Source: a virus
Virus record (IMG/VR): IMGVR_UViG_3300024262_000020
Span: 1 to 64,000 of that record
Direction: 5' to 3' (one strand)
DNA: 64,000 bases
Below the pieces are notes generated by a model. It ran no database searches and had not been told where the DNA came from. It worked only from the letters and a program-made list of their open reading frames with translations. This document shows positions 50,172-57,786 of the stretch, one piece after another (position 1 is the stretch's first letter; each line of letters begins with the position of its first letter). A program made the position numbers and the translations under genes.

Positions 50172-50255
50172 TCCGCCTGGGAGGATTCGAACCCCCGTTG
50201 TTGTTTCCAACCCTGATTAAAAGTCAGGAGCATAAGCCAACTCTGCCACAGACGG
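50172..50255 (-). tRNA. tRNA-Lys(UUU) with long variable arm
   Basis: CCTGA CTTTTAA TCAGG; variable arm GTTG GAAA CAAC. Confidence 0.85.
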
Positions 50256-50318
50256 ATATTGGTAGATTTGCATTTTCTTCCGAAGAATGTGGGAATGATA
50301 CTACCATAAAACCACAAG

Positions 50319-50393
50319 TGCGCCTGGTAGGATTCGAACCTACAACCCACAGGGTAAAAACCTGTTGCTCTGCGCTTTTGGAGCTACAGACGC
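50319..50393 (-). tRNA. tRNA-Lys(UUU), atypical loop UUUUUAC
   Basis: ACAGG TTTTTAC CCTGT; D-loop lacks GG. Confidence 0.8.
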
Positions 50394-50408
50394 TTGTTAT
50401 TCAATTTG

Positions 50409-50490
50409 TGCGCCCAGTAGGAATCGAACCTACGTTGATGTTTCCATCCCTGATTAAGAGTCAGGAGCATAGCCGCTCTGCCACGGACGC
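50409..50490 (-). tRNA. tRNA-Lys(CUU) with long variable arm
   Basis: CCTGA CTCTTAA TCAGG; variable arm GATG GAAA CATC. Confidence 0.85.
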
Positions 50491-50566
50491 ATATTGTTAG
50501 ACACAGGTACTCCCGAACAGGGGAATTGATTTTTATAGCCACTTCGGGACGACTAACAATTTTTTG

Positions 50567-50638
50567 GGTGTAACCTCGGTATTGATCCGAGTTCTCTAGA
50601 TTCACAGTCTAGCACATCACCTTAATGCTTGAAACACC
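50567..50638 (-). tRNA. tRNA-His(GUG), G-1, atypical T-loop
   Basis: CTAGA CTGTGAA TCTAG; C73. Confidence 0.8.
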
Positions 50639-50672
50639 ATATGAATTCGCAATTCGTGAATTGCGAATTATG

Positions 50673-50759
50673 CACACCCGTAGGGATTCGAACCCTCACC
50701 TATATTGCTACTCAAAAGAACGGGGTTGGAGCCCGCAGGTCACGCCAATGAGCGGATGT
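50673..50759 (-). tRNA. Atypical tRNA-Trp(CCA) with long variable region
   Basis: ACATCCG/CGGGTGT acceptor, GCGGG CTCCAAC CCCGT, G73. Confidence 0.65.
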
Positions 50760-50763
50760 ATTT

Positions 50764-50839
50764 TGGTGGAGAACTCAGGTTACGCTCCTGATCCTCTGGT
50801 TTTTCAGACCAGTGCTTCTACTAAGTTAGCTTCTTCTCC
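50764..50839 (-). tRNA. tRNA-Phe(GAA), atypical T-loop AGCGTAA
   Basis: CTGGT CTGAAAA ACCAG; encoded CCA. Confidence 0.8.
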
Positions 50840-50840
50840 A

Positions 50841-51491
50841 TTATTTTATTTTTCTACCTTTTATCCAACCTGATGATAGATATTTTTCTAAATCTTCTTT
50901 TCTAATTTTAATACTTTTGTCTTTATTCATAACCCAACAAGTTCCAAATTGTGAATTTTTCTCTCCTTTTTGTTTAATTGAATTTTTCTCTCCTATTTTT
51001 CTTTTTGTTTCTTCAGAATGTTTTTTATCATTCCAATTATAAAAATATAATTTTTCCCTTACACCATCATCATATTGTTTCAATAATGCAATTTTTATAC
51101 TATTACATTTCTTTTTATACCATTCTTTGTCATTTTCTTTAAGCCATTTTTGTTTTTCATTTGATTTATCTGCATTTTTTCTTTGTTCTTCTGATGAAAA
51201 TCCACCAAATCCCCCCGTTCTTAAATTCATACAATTTTTATCTGATATTACATTTTCGTTTACAAATTCTTTTTCTTTTTCTAATAATGCATCTCTATCG
51301 TCAAAGAATTCTATTATTTCTATTTTAAAATTTTCTTCACCATATTTATTTATACTTCTTCTTAAATATTTTCCTGAGCCTAAATAACCATCTTTTAAGT
51401 TTTTTGTACTATGTACTCCATAATAATATTTATTATTTATCAAATTTGTCGTCTTATAGAAAAAATGATATTTTTTTGATTTTTTTGTCAT
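50841..51491 (-). CDS. GIY-YIG homing endonuclease (Seg-like, NUMOD3)
   Basis: FFYKTTNLINNKYYYGVH...YLGSG...KYG.ENF; KHSEETKRKIG. Confidence 0.9.
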   Translation of the reverse strand: MTKKSKKYHFFYKTTNLINNKYYYGVHSTKNLKDGYLGSGKYLRRSINKYGEENFKIEIIEFFDDRDALLEKEKEFVNENVISDKNCMNLRTGGFGGFSSEEQRKNADKSNEKQKWLKENDKEWYKKKCNSIKIALLKQYDDGVREKLYFYNWNDKKHSEETKRKIGEKNSIKQKGEKNSQFGTCWVMNKDKSIKIRKEDLEKYLSSGWIKGRKIK

Positions 51492-51541
51492 TTTTAATCT
51501 TTTTTATTTGTATATATTAAATAAAAAAGATTAAAAATGAC
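51487..51541. repeat. Perfect 23-bp inverted repeat covering the GIY-YIG start codon, TATATA motif in loop
   Basis: GTCATTTTTAATCTTTTTTATTT-GTATATATT-AAATAAAAAAGATTAAAAATGAC. Confidence 0.9.
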
Positions 51542-51545
51542 CCGT

Positions 51546-51633
51546 GGTGTTAGACGGGACTCGAACCCGCAAGGAATTTTACTTCACCAGAGTCACAATC
51601 TGGACCGTTAGCCTATTACGGAACTACTAACAC
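51546..51633 (-). tRNA. Atypical tRNA-His(GUG) with long variable arm
   Basis: CCAGA TTGTGAC TCTGG; GTGTTAG/CTAACAC acceptor; C73. Confidence 0.75.
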
Positions 51634-51635
51634 AG

Positions 51636-51723
51636 CGGAAAGTGGAGGACTCGATCCCCACCCGATTTAACGAGACCTTGTTTTCAAGACAAGTCGCACC
51701 TCCATGGCACTGCTTCACTTTCC
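51636..51723 (-). tRNA. tRNA-Ser(UGA), atypical D-arm and T-loop
   Basis: CTTGT CTTGAAA ACAAG; G73; long variable arm. Confidence 0.8.
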
Positions 51724-51763
51724 AATTATTTCAAGATGTCAAAGAACAAAAGTTCACTAAAGT

Positions 51764-51795
51764 AAAAAAACCTGAACTTTTAAGTTCAGGTTTTT
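51764..51795 (-). terminator. Attenuator terminator upstream of the tRNA array
   Basis: CCTGAACT-TAAA-AGTTCAGG-TTTTTTT. Confidence 0.85.
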
Positions 51796-51819
51796 CCTTT
51801 TATCTTATATGAAAAATTT

Positions 51820-51918
51820 TTATTTCATATGATTTGAATAAGGCATAATAAACCTGAACTTGGTTTTGTGTGAACTAAACCAGAACGAAAATTTACTATG
51901 TTTACTTATTGCCATCAT
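51820..51918 (-). CDS. Leader peptide of the tRNA array (MMAISKHSKFSFWFSSHKTKFRFIMPYSNHMK)
   Basis: AGGAG SD upstream; 14-codon S/K/H/F/W-only run; contains AAGTTCAGGTTT complementary to the terminator 5' arm. Confidence 0.85.
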   Translation of the reverse strand: MMAISKHSKFSFWFSSHKTKFRFIMPYSNHMK

Positions 51919-51979
51919 TTTAGATTTCTCCTATTTTTTTGTTTATATATTTTAATTTTAAAGTCTCTTTTTTCTATTT

Positions 51980-52123
51980 TTACAATTCTCTTACTTCTTC
52001 AATTGTTTCTTCGATTTCTGTTATTTCATAACCTCTTTCTTCTTCCCAGTTTAAAAAGTTGTAATAATTACCTGTATGGTCTAAATAATCCAACAATTCG
52101 TTTAACAATTCTTCTCTATCCAT
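51980..52123 (-). CDS. Small acidic protein (47 aa)
   Basis: MDREELLNELLDYLDHTGNYYNFLNWEEERG...; TATATTTG promoter at 52153-52160. Confidence 0.55.
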   Translation of the reverse strand: MDREELLNELLDYLDHTGNYYNFLNWEEERGYEITEIEETIEEVREL

Positions 52124-52195
52124 TTTTATTAATTTATTTTTTAATTAGACTGCAAATATACGACTATTTATGATAAAAAAAAGTTTTTGTTTAAT

Positions 52196-52687
52196 TTATT
52201 TGAAAATTTTATACATTTTATTTTCAAATCCTATTGTTGCGTTGTATAATTCTTTGTTATTCATATAATCATTTTCATCATATCTACCAATAATTTCTAT
52301 TGATGAACCTTTACCTGCGTTTGGACCGTCACAAAATAGTAGAAATTCATATCCCATATATTCAAATTTCCAAATTTTATAAAAAAATTCACCTCTGAAA
52401 GTGCCATTTTGTTGTCCAAATTGTTTTTTTGCTTTATTATAATCAATTCCGTGTATAACATGATTATATTCCATTTGATCTTGGAATTGTTTTTTTGTTC
52501 TTGGTCGTCTTTGTGCATATTTAGAATTCCATACAATATTCCAAATATTCATAGTGTTAATATTTTCCACGTTAATTTTACCAGGTATATGTGTGAGAAC
52601 ACCATCACCATCTGCTCCACCTTCAGTTGTGGTTTTATTTATTAAATTCTTTCCAATTTGTTTAATGTGATCTCTAAATGATTTCAT
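52196..52687 (-). CDS. Hypothetical protein (MKSFRDHI N-tag)
   Basis: ORF track. Confidence 0.55.
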   Translation of the reverse strand: MKSFRDHIKQIGKNLINKTTTEGGADGDGVLTHIPGKINVENINTMNIWNIVWNSKYAQRRPRTKKQFQDQMEYNHVIHGIDYNKAKKQFGQQNGTFRGEFFYKIWKFEYMGYEFLLFCDGPNAGKGSSIEIIGRYDENDYMNNKELYNATIGFENKMYKIFK

Positions 52688-52688
52688 A

Positions 52689-53012
52689 TTATTCTTTAAT
52701 TTTAAAATTAAATGTTGTGTAGTTAGAATCTTTTGGTGTTGATATTACTTCATATCCATTATATTCAGCGGCTTTCAAAAATTTTATAATAAATTCTTGT
52801 TTTAGTTGTTCGTTTGGTAATGTAAATGGTGGTGACAATTTGCCTGGTTTTAAACCATAACTATTTATTAATTTAAAAGCCTTTTCAATAACTCCATCGT
52901 ATTCTTCGGGAGTATATTTTCTTTCCCAACCTCTTAACATATTGACTAACTTTATAAAGTTATAAGAATTTTTAATAAAATTTTCATTGAACATTTTCCA
53001 GTTGTGTAACAT
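52689..53012 (-). CDS. Hypothetical protein (WKMFNE N-tag)
   Basis: ORF track. Confidence 0.5.
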   Translation of the reverse strand: MLHNWKMFNENFIKNSYNFIKLVNMLRGWERKYTPEEYDGVIEKAFKLINSYGLKPGKLSPPFTLPNEQLKQEFIIKFLKAAEYNGYEVISTPKDSNYTTFNFKIKE

Positions 53013-53028
53013 AATTATTATTTTTATT

Positions 53029-53529
53029 TTATATATTATTAATTGTTTCTAATTTCTTTTTTCTTATTAATTTAATATTTGTTTCTTCAGTGATTTTTTC
53101 ACCATTTTGTTTTTTAAATTCTACCTTAATTTTATAAGGTTTATTATTTATTAGAAATAATGACACATAGAATCCACCTGTGGAACTTGTGGAAGGATTA
53201 TATGTGAAAGTGGATTTTTCACATATACCACCTATTAAACTAAGTACACAAGATTTTAAATTTTTGATAGTTGGTGTTGTTTTTCTATCTTGCCAAGTCC
53301 AATTAACTGATTTCATATGATTCTCAACTGTTTCAAAATCAAATCTTTCTATAATATCCTCAAGTAAATCCCTTATATTGACTTTATCTATAAGTTTCCA
53401 ATATTCTATTTCATATAATGGTTCTAAATATGTTTCCCAGTAATTGTGCCAATTTTCATTTCTATCTTTATCAGTATATTTTTCTTGATAATCTTTAAAA
53501 GAAATTACATTTTTATCGTCAATTTTCAT
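53029..53529 (-). CDS. Hypothetical protein (paralogue of 30049..30402), RKKKL C-tail
   Basis: IIERFDFETV..HM...NWTW...SSTGG. Confidence 0.6.
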   Translation of the reverse strand: MKIDDKNVISFKDYQEKYTDKDRNENWHNYWETYLEPLYEIEYWKLIDKVNIRDLLEDIIERFDFETVENHMKSVNWTWQDRKTTPTIKNLKSCVLSLIGGICEKSTFTYNPSTSSTGGFYVSLFLINNKPYKIKVEFKKQNGEKITEETNIKLIRKKKLETINNI

Positions 53530-53531
53530 TT

Positions 53532-53735
53532 TTAATTTATTAATAGTTCATTTGAGATTACCCACCCACAATCGTCAACTAAGGTTGTGTCATATATTAT
53601 ACTGTAATCTTTATCAAGAGTTTCGATTGAATAATTTTTTCTTAATTTCTTAATGAAATTACATTCTTTTTTGGTATTTATACCGAACATGAGTTGTGCT
53701 ATTTGCCAATCTTTTATTTCTTCATTAATTTCCAT
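53532..53735 (-). CDS. Hypothetical protein
   Basis: ORF track; TAATTTTG promoter immediately upstream. Confidence 0.45.
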   Translation of the reverse strand: MEINEEIKDWQIAQLMFGINTKKECNFIKKLRKNYSIETLDKDYSIIYDTTLVDDCGWVISNELLIN

Positions 53736-53761
53736 AATGCAAAATTATGAAAAATATTTAA

Positions 53762-53964
53762 TAAAAAAAATGGTTCCTAACCAGGTATTATTTCAACATA
53801 GTCGGTACCCTACTACGAGAAACAATACCTATTAGGATCACTTGACATGATTCGGAATCAAACGGAAAGACTGGCAACTCTGTACCTCACCGATAGTTAA
53901 GTGTACGTTGACACATCATTTTCGGTTTCTTATTGATTCACTTTCCAGTTATCACCTTATACCA
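53762..53964 (-). ncRNA. Putative structured ncRNA ending in a hairpin and U-tract
   Basis: GC-enriched, GGAAAG/CTTTCC, GAATCA/TGATTC, TCCTAA..GGTATT/AATACC..TTAGGA stems. Confidence 0.4.
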
Positions 53965-54037
53965 TTAATATATATTAATGCATGTAAGTCTTAAAAGTTT
54001 GCTAAATATTTTAATATATATGTAAAAGTAATTTATA

Positions 54038-54916
54038 GTGATGAAAATTATAAGAGAATTTAAAGATTTTGGTAGAAAAATATATGAAACTAATGAAGAA
54101 TGTCCTTTTCTTTTTACAGAATCGTCAACTGATGAAGATTTCCATCAAGCAATATTAGATGTTGGTTATAATTGGTGGCAAGGTAGTGATGTAAAATCAT
54201 ATAGTGAAATGGTTTATAAAATGGAGAAAGAATTTGGATATAAATTTGCGTTATTGATATTGTTAGGTAAATATAATCAACAGGTTGGTAATGGTGGACA
54301 TATTCAATATTTTGATAATGGTTATGCATCTGCGGGTAGTAGTGGATATGGTGGTAATCATAAAGATATTGAATTACATGAACAAATGATTGAATGGTTT
54401 AAGAAAGCAGGATTAGATGAAACTGAATTAGGTAAAAATATATTTGTTGTTATGGAGGATTCTGGTGATGTATTTGGACATTTAAGTGAGGGTGATGAAA
54501 GATGTGATGAATGTAATGGAGATGGTGAAGTTGAAGAAGATTGTTATGAATGTGATCGTGGTGTGATTATGGATAGTTGTGGTAATTGTAGTGGTGAAGG
54601 TGAATATGAAGGTGATGATGGTGAAATTGAAGATTGTCCTGAATGTAATGGTGAAGGTGAAATAGAACAAGATTGTCCTGAATGTGGTGGAGATGGTACT
54701 GTTTATAATTCTTGTGAAGAATGTGATGGTAGTGGTTATATAAATCCAGCAGATAGTTATTCAGGTGAGTTAGATAGATTAGATAGTAAATATTATAAGA
54801 TTGATGGTTGGGAAGATCATTTAAATAAGTTTGCAAAGGATATCATTATTGAAAAATATCCTGAAGAATGGGAAAAATTTAAAATAAGAAGAAGTGCAAA
54901 TAAATATAATTTATGA
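54038..54916 (+). CDS. DMP19/DUF4375-like protein with inserted DnaJ-type CxxCxGxG zinc finger; KYNL C-tag
   Basis: YNQQVGNGGHIQYFDN; repeated CxECxGxG. Confidence 0.65.
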   Translation: MMKIIREFKDFGRKIYETNEECPFLFTESSTDEDFHQAILDVGYNWWQGSDVKSYSEMVYKMEKEFGYKFALLILLGKYNQQVGNGGHIQYFDNGYASAGSSGYGGNHKDIELHEQMIEWFKKAGLDETELGKNIFVVMEDSGDVFGHLSEGDERCDECNGDGEVEEDCYECDRGVIMDSCGNCSGEGEYEGDDGEIEDCPECNGEGEIEQDCPECGGDGTVYNSCEECDGSGYINPADSYSGELDRLDSKYYKIDGWEDHLNKFAKDIIIEKYPEEWEKFKIRRSANKYNL

Positions 54917-55281
54917 AATATTTAAAATTATTTGAAGATAAAAAATATAGTAAAAATCTATATTATGAGAGTGAATTAGATTCCATATTAAAGGATGACT
55001 GGAAAGAATTGTCAATAACAAGGGACACTATAAATTTTGAAGTTGGTGAAGGTTATGATAAAGGATACAAGTATTCTGTATTTTTTGAAGGTCAATGTTC
55101 TGATAATGATATATTTTTGGAAGAAACTGCAATTCCTAAATTTATCAAAAAATTCAAAGAGGAATTCCAGAAAAATCCAGAAAAATATTCTCATAATTTT
55201 AAAGTTGGTAGATTTAAACGTGATCCTAAATTTATGGGGGATTTATCTCATTTTAGAGAAACTGAAAAATACAATTTATAA
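54913..55281 (+). CDS. Hypothetical protein, KLFE N-tag and KYNL C-tag
   Basis: ORF track. Confidence 0.6.
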   Translation: MKYLKLFEDKKYSKNLYYESELDSILKDDWKELSITRDTINFEVGEGYDKGYKYSVFFEGQCSDNDIFLEETAIPKFIKKFKEEFQKNPEKYSHNFKVGRFKRDPKFMGDLSHFRETEKYNL

Positions 55282-56009
55282 TGGCTGAAAATAAACAAAA
55301 ATTACCCATAATAAAAAATAGAGAACAATTAAAGATGGTTATTGATGGCTTGAGTGATCAAGGTTTTGGATATTATGTTGGTGATTGGAAAGCACATGAA
55401 TATAAGGTGTCTAACTTAATTAATAAAAATAATACTCTTGGTATAGAAGAAGATAAATTTAAATCTAAGTTGAATGAATTGGTTTCTAATATGACAGATT
55501 ATGATGAAATTGATAAAACTATTAAGAATTTTTTCCAAAAATTTAAGCCAGATGATAAAATAAAAGAATTAATAAATCATTATTATTTAAAACCAGATGC
55601 ATCATGTAGAAAACCTTCATCATCACCAAGTAAAAAGGAAATTATAGATTGGGTTAAATTTAAAAGAAAGTATAATATAAAAGGTGAGCCTGATTTTGAT
55701 TGGTCTGCGGATGTGTATAATTTGGATAAGAATTTTGTTAAAGTAAATGATTATGATTCTAATTTTGATTTTGAAAAATTGTATAGATTATTATACAATG
55801 AAGAACCTAATGATTTTTCGTTGAAAAATCTTGGAGATTGGCAAGATTTGGGAAAAATCGAAATAAAGGTTTTTCAAAATGGAACAATCAATATTAAAGG
55901 TGATATTGATAAATTAAAATCTTATCTTTATAAGGAGATAAGAAATTTTGATTGTATTGTTTATTATAATAAGAAAAAGGAGATTAGAGAAAGACGAGAA
56001 AGAGATTAA
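55281..56009 (+). CDS. Hypothetical protein (possible DUF4942-like)
   Basis: IKVFQNGTINIK motif near the C-terminus. Confidence 0.45.
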   Translation: MAENKQKLPIIKNREQLKMVIDGLSDQGFGYYVGDWKAHEYKVSNLINKNNTLGIEEDKFKSKLNELVSNMTDYDEIDKTIKNFFQKFKPDDKIKELINHYYLKPDASCRKPSSSPSKKEIIDWVKFKRKYNIKGEPDFDWSADVYNLDKNFVKVNDYDSNFDFEKLYRLLYNEEPNDFSLKNLGDWQDLGKIEIKVFQNGTINIKGDIDKLKSYLYKEIRNFDCIVYYNKKKEIRERRERD

Positions 56010-56248
56010 AGGTTATATTTCTTTGATTCATACTCTAAATCAGTAATAAAATATTTAGAATCAAATGGCATTAAGTTATTACTTTCGGTTAGTATGATGT
56101 AACAAAGTCCAGATAACATTTCATCAGTTTCAAATTCTGAAAAAACTTCATATTTTTTACCTTTGATAATACCATGTTTCACAGAACTTTTACTTCTGCG
56201 TTCAACGATAGTTTCAATTGCCCATACATATTTTATATCTTTTTTCAT
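56006..56248 (-). CDS. Hypothetical protein, KYNL C-tag
   Basis: ORF track; TATATTTG promoter at 56278. Confidence 0.55.
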   Translation of the reverse strand: MKKDIKYVWAIETIVERRSKSSVKHGIIKGKKYEVFSEFETDEMLSGLCYIILTESNNLMPFDSKYFITDLEYESKKYNL

Positions 56249-56347
56249 CTTTTTTTAGATATTTTTGATCCAATATGCAAATATACGTTTTTTTGATTAT
56301 AAAAAAAAATATATAGAATATATATTAAAAAAAATTAAAATCTAGAT

Positions 56348-57772
56348 ATGAAAAAATTACAAAAATTTGAAGATTTCAAACTTAATGAAAATGTCTTCCA
56401 AGATATATGGAGAAAGACTGTGGAACTATATCAAAAGAAATTTAAAAACGGTGCTTGGTGGCGTTTATTGAAGTTTTTAATTCAAAAAAATGAATTACCA
56501 AAAGGTGTAGAAGTACATTTTGCTAATGGTATGAGCAATGAAGGTAAATTGAATGAAGAACTTGTTGAATTAACACATGTTGATCAAAATATTTCAAATG
56601 AAGATTCTGATGAGATTCGTGAAGCTGTTATTGATGCCTATAATTATAGAATAAGTCAAAATGATCATTCAGCTATCTTTCTTTGGGGAGCACCAGGTAT
56701 TGGTAAAACAGAGATTGTAATTGATACTGCTAAAGAATTGGGTCTTGATATTATTGTTTTTCACTTATCTCAGATTGAACCTACTGAATTTAGAGGCGTT
56801 CCAAAAATTGAAAACTTAGATAAAGAAGCCACACCAGGCGACACAAGTGGTGAAAGAACTGTAAATAAATTACCTGTTATTTTCCCTACTGATAATGGAG
56901 CAAATGGTAAAGGTGGTATTTTCTTTTTAGATGAGTTAAATAGAGCACCTAAAATGGTATTGTCTGCGGCACTTCCTTTATGTCTTGATGGTAAAATTGG
57001 TGATTATGCATTACCAAGTAAATGGATTATAATTGCTGCTGGTAATAGAAAAGAAGATATTGGTTTTGATGCTGTTGAAATTGAACCAGCATTAGCCAAC
57101 AGATTCCAACATATTAATTTTGTACCAACAGTTAAACGTTGGACAGAGTGGGCAGTATCTAAGAAATTTGTTGACCCTGACTTAATTGGATTCTTAAACT
57201 TCTACAAAGATTATTTCCATAGATTAGAATCTGATGATGGTTCATCAGCTTGGGCATCACCAAGAGCGTGGACTAAGGCATCACAATTTATTTATAGTTT
57301 AAATAAAGAATTTAAAGTTGATGAAAAAAAGAAAAGAAAAGTATATACTAGATTTGTAGGTACACAAGCCGCTGTCGCATTTATGGATTATCTTAAGTTG
57401 AAAGAGAAATTTAATGAAAGAGATGTTAAAGATGTATATGAAAAGGGTGTAAAAGCAAAACATCCACCAAAGAATTTAAATGAAGGTAGAGCCGCTATGT
57501 ATTCTATTGCTTTTTATAAGAAAGGCGAAAGATTAAAACCAGAAGAATTAAAGAATATTATAGCTTACGCATTAAGTCTTCCAAATTTTGAAACTAAAAC
57601 ATCATTACTTTCTTTTGTTAAATTAGCACATACCAATAAAGGTGTGACTTATTTGAAAGAAGAAGAACCTTACAAAACAATATGGTGGGAAGGTGTTAAA
57701 AAATGGTTTGAAGAAGTAAAAAGTTTAGGTAAAGAAGATGAATATAAAGATGGTATACCTGATAATATGTAA
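56348..57772 (+). CDS. MoxR-like AAA+ ATPase
   Basis: WGAPGIGKT, FLDELNRA, AAGNR, PALANRF, SPRAW. Confidence 0.9.
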   Translation: MKKLQKFEDFKLNENVFQDIWRKTVELYQKKFKNGAWWRLLKFLIQKNELPKGVEVHFANGMSNEGKLNEELVELTHVDQNISNEDSDEIREAVIDAYNYRISQNDHSAIFLWGAPGIGKTEIVIDTAKELGLDIIVFHLSQIEPTEFRGVPKIENLDKEATPGDTSGERTVNKLPVIFPTDNGANGKGGIFFLDELNRAPKMVLSAALPLCLDGKIGDYALPSKWIIIAAGNRKEDIGFDAVEIEPALANRFQHINFVPTVKRWTEWAVSKKFVDPDLIGFLNFYKDYFHRLESDDGSSAWASPRAWTKASQFIYSLNKEFKVDEKKKRKVYTRFVGTQAAVAFMDYLKLKEKFNERDVKDVYEKGVKAKHPPKNLNEGRAAMYSIAFYKKGERLKPEELKNIIAYALSLPNFETKTSLLSFVKLAHTNKGVTYLKEEEPYKTIWWEGVKKWFEEVKSLGKEDEYKDGIPDNM

Positions 57773-57786
57773 AAAATAATATACTT

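Noticed and set aside
50644-50669. Palindrome AATTCGCAATTC-GT-GAATTGCGAATT between tRNAs
   Set aside because: Single short spacer hairpin with no other copy seen; probably processing-related.
48806-50873. ORF-track entries 48806, 49883, 50198, 50384 and 50625
   Set aside because: They overlap tRNA genes and arise from their higher GC content; no protein motifs.
51898-52173. Plus-strand 91-aa Leu/Phe-rich ORF
   Set aside because: Antisense to the leader peptide and the 47-aa acidic gene; composition typical of a shadow ORF.
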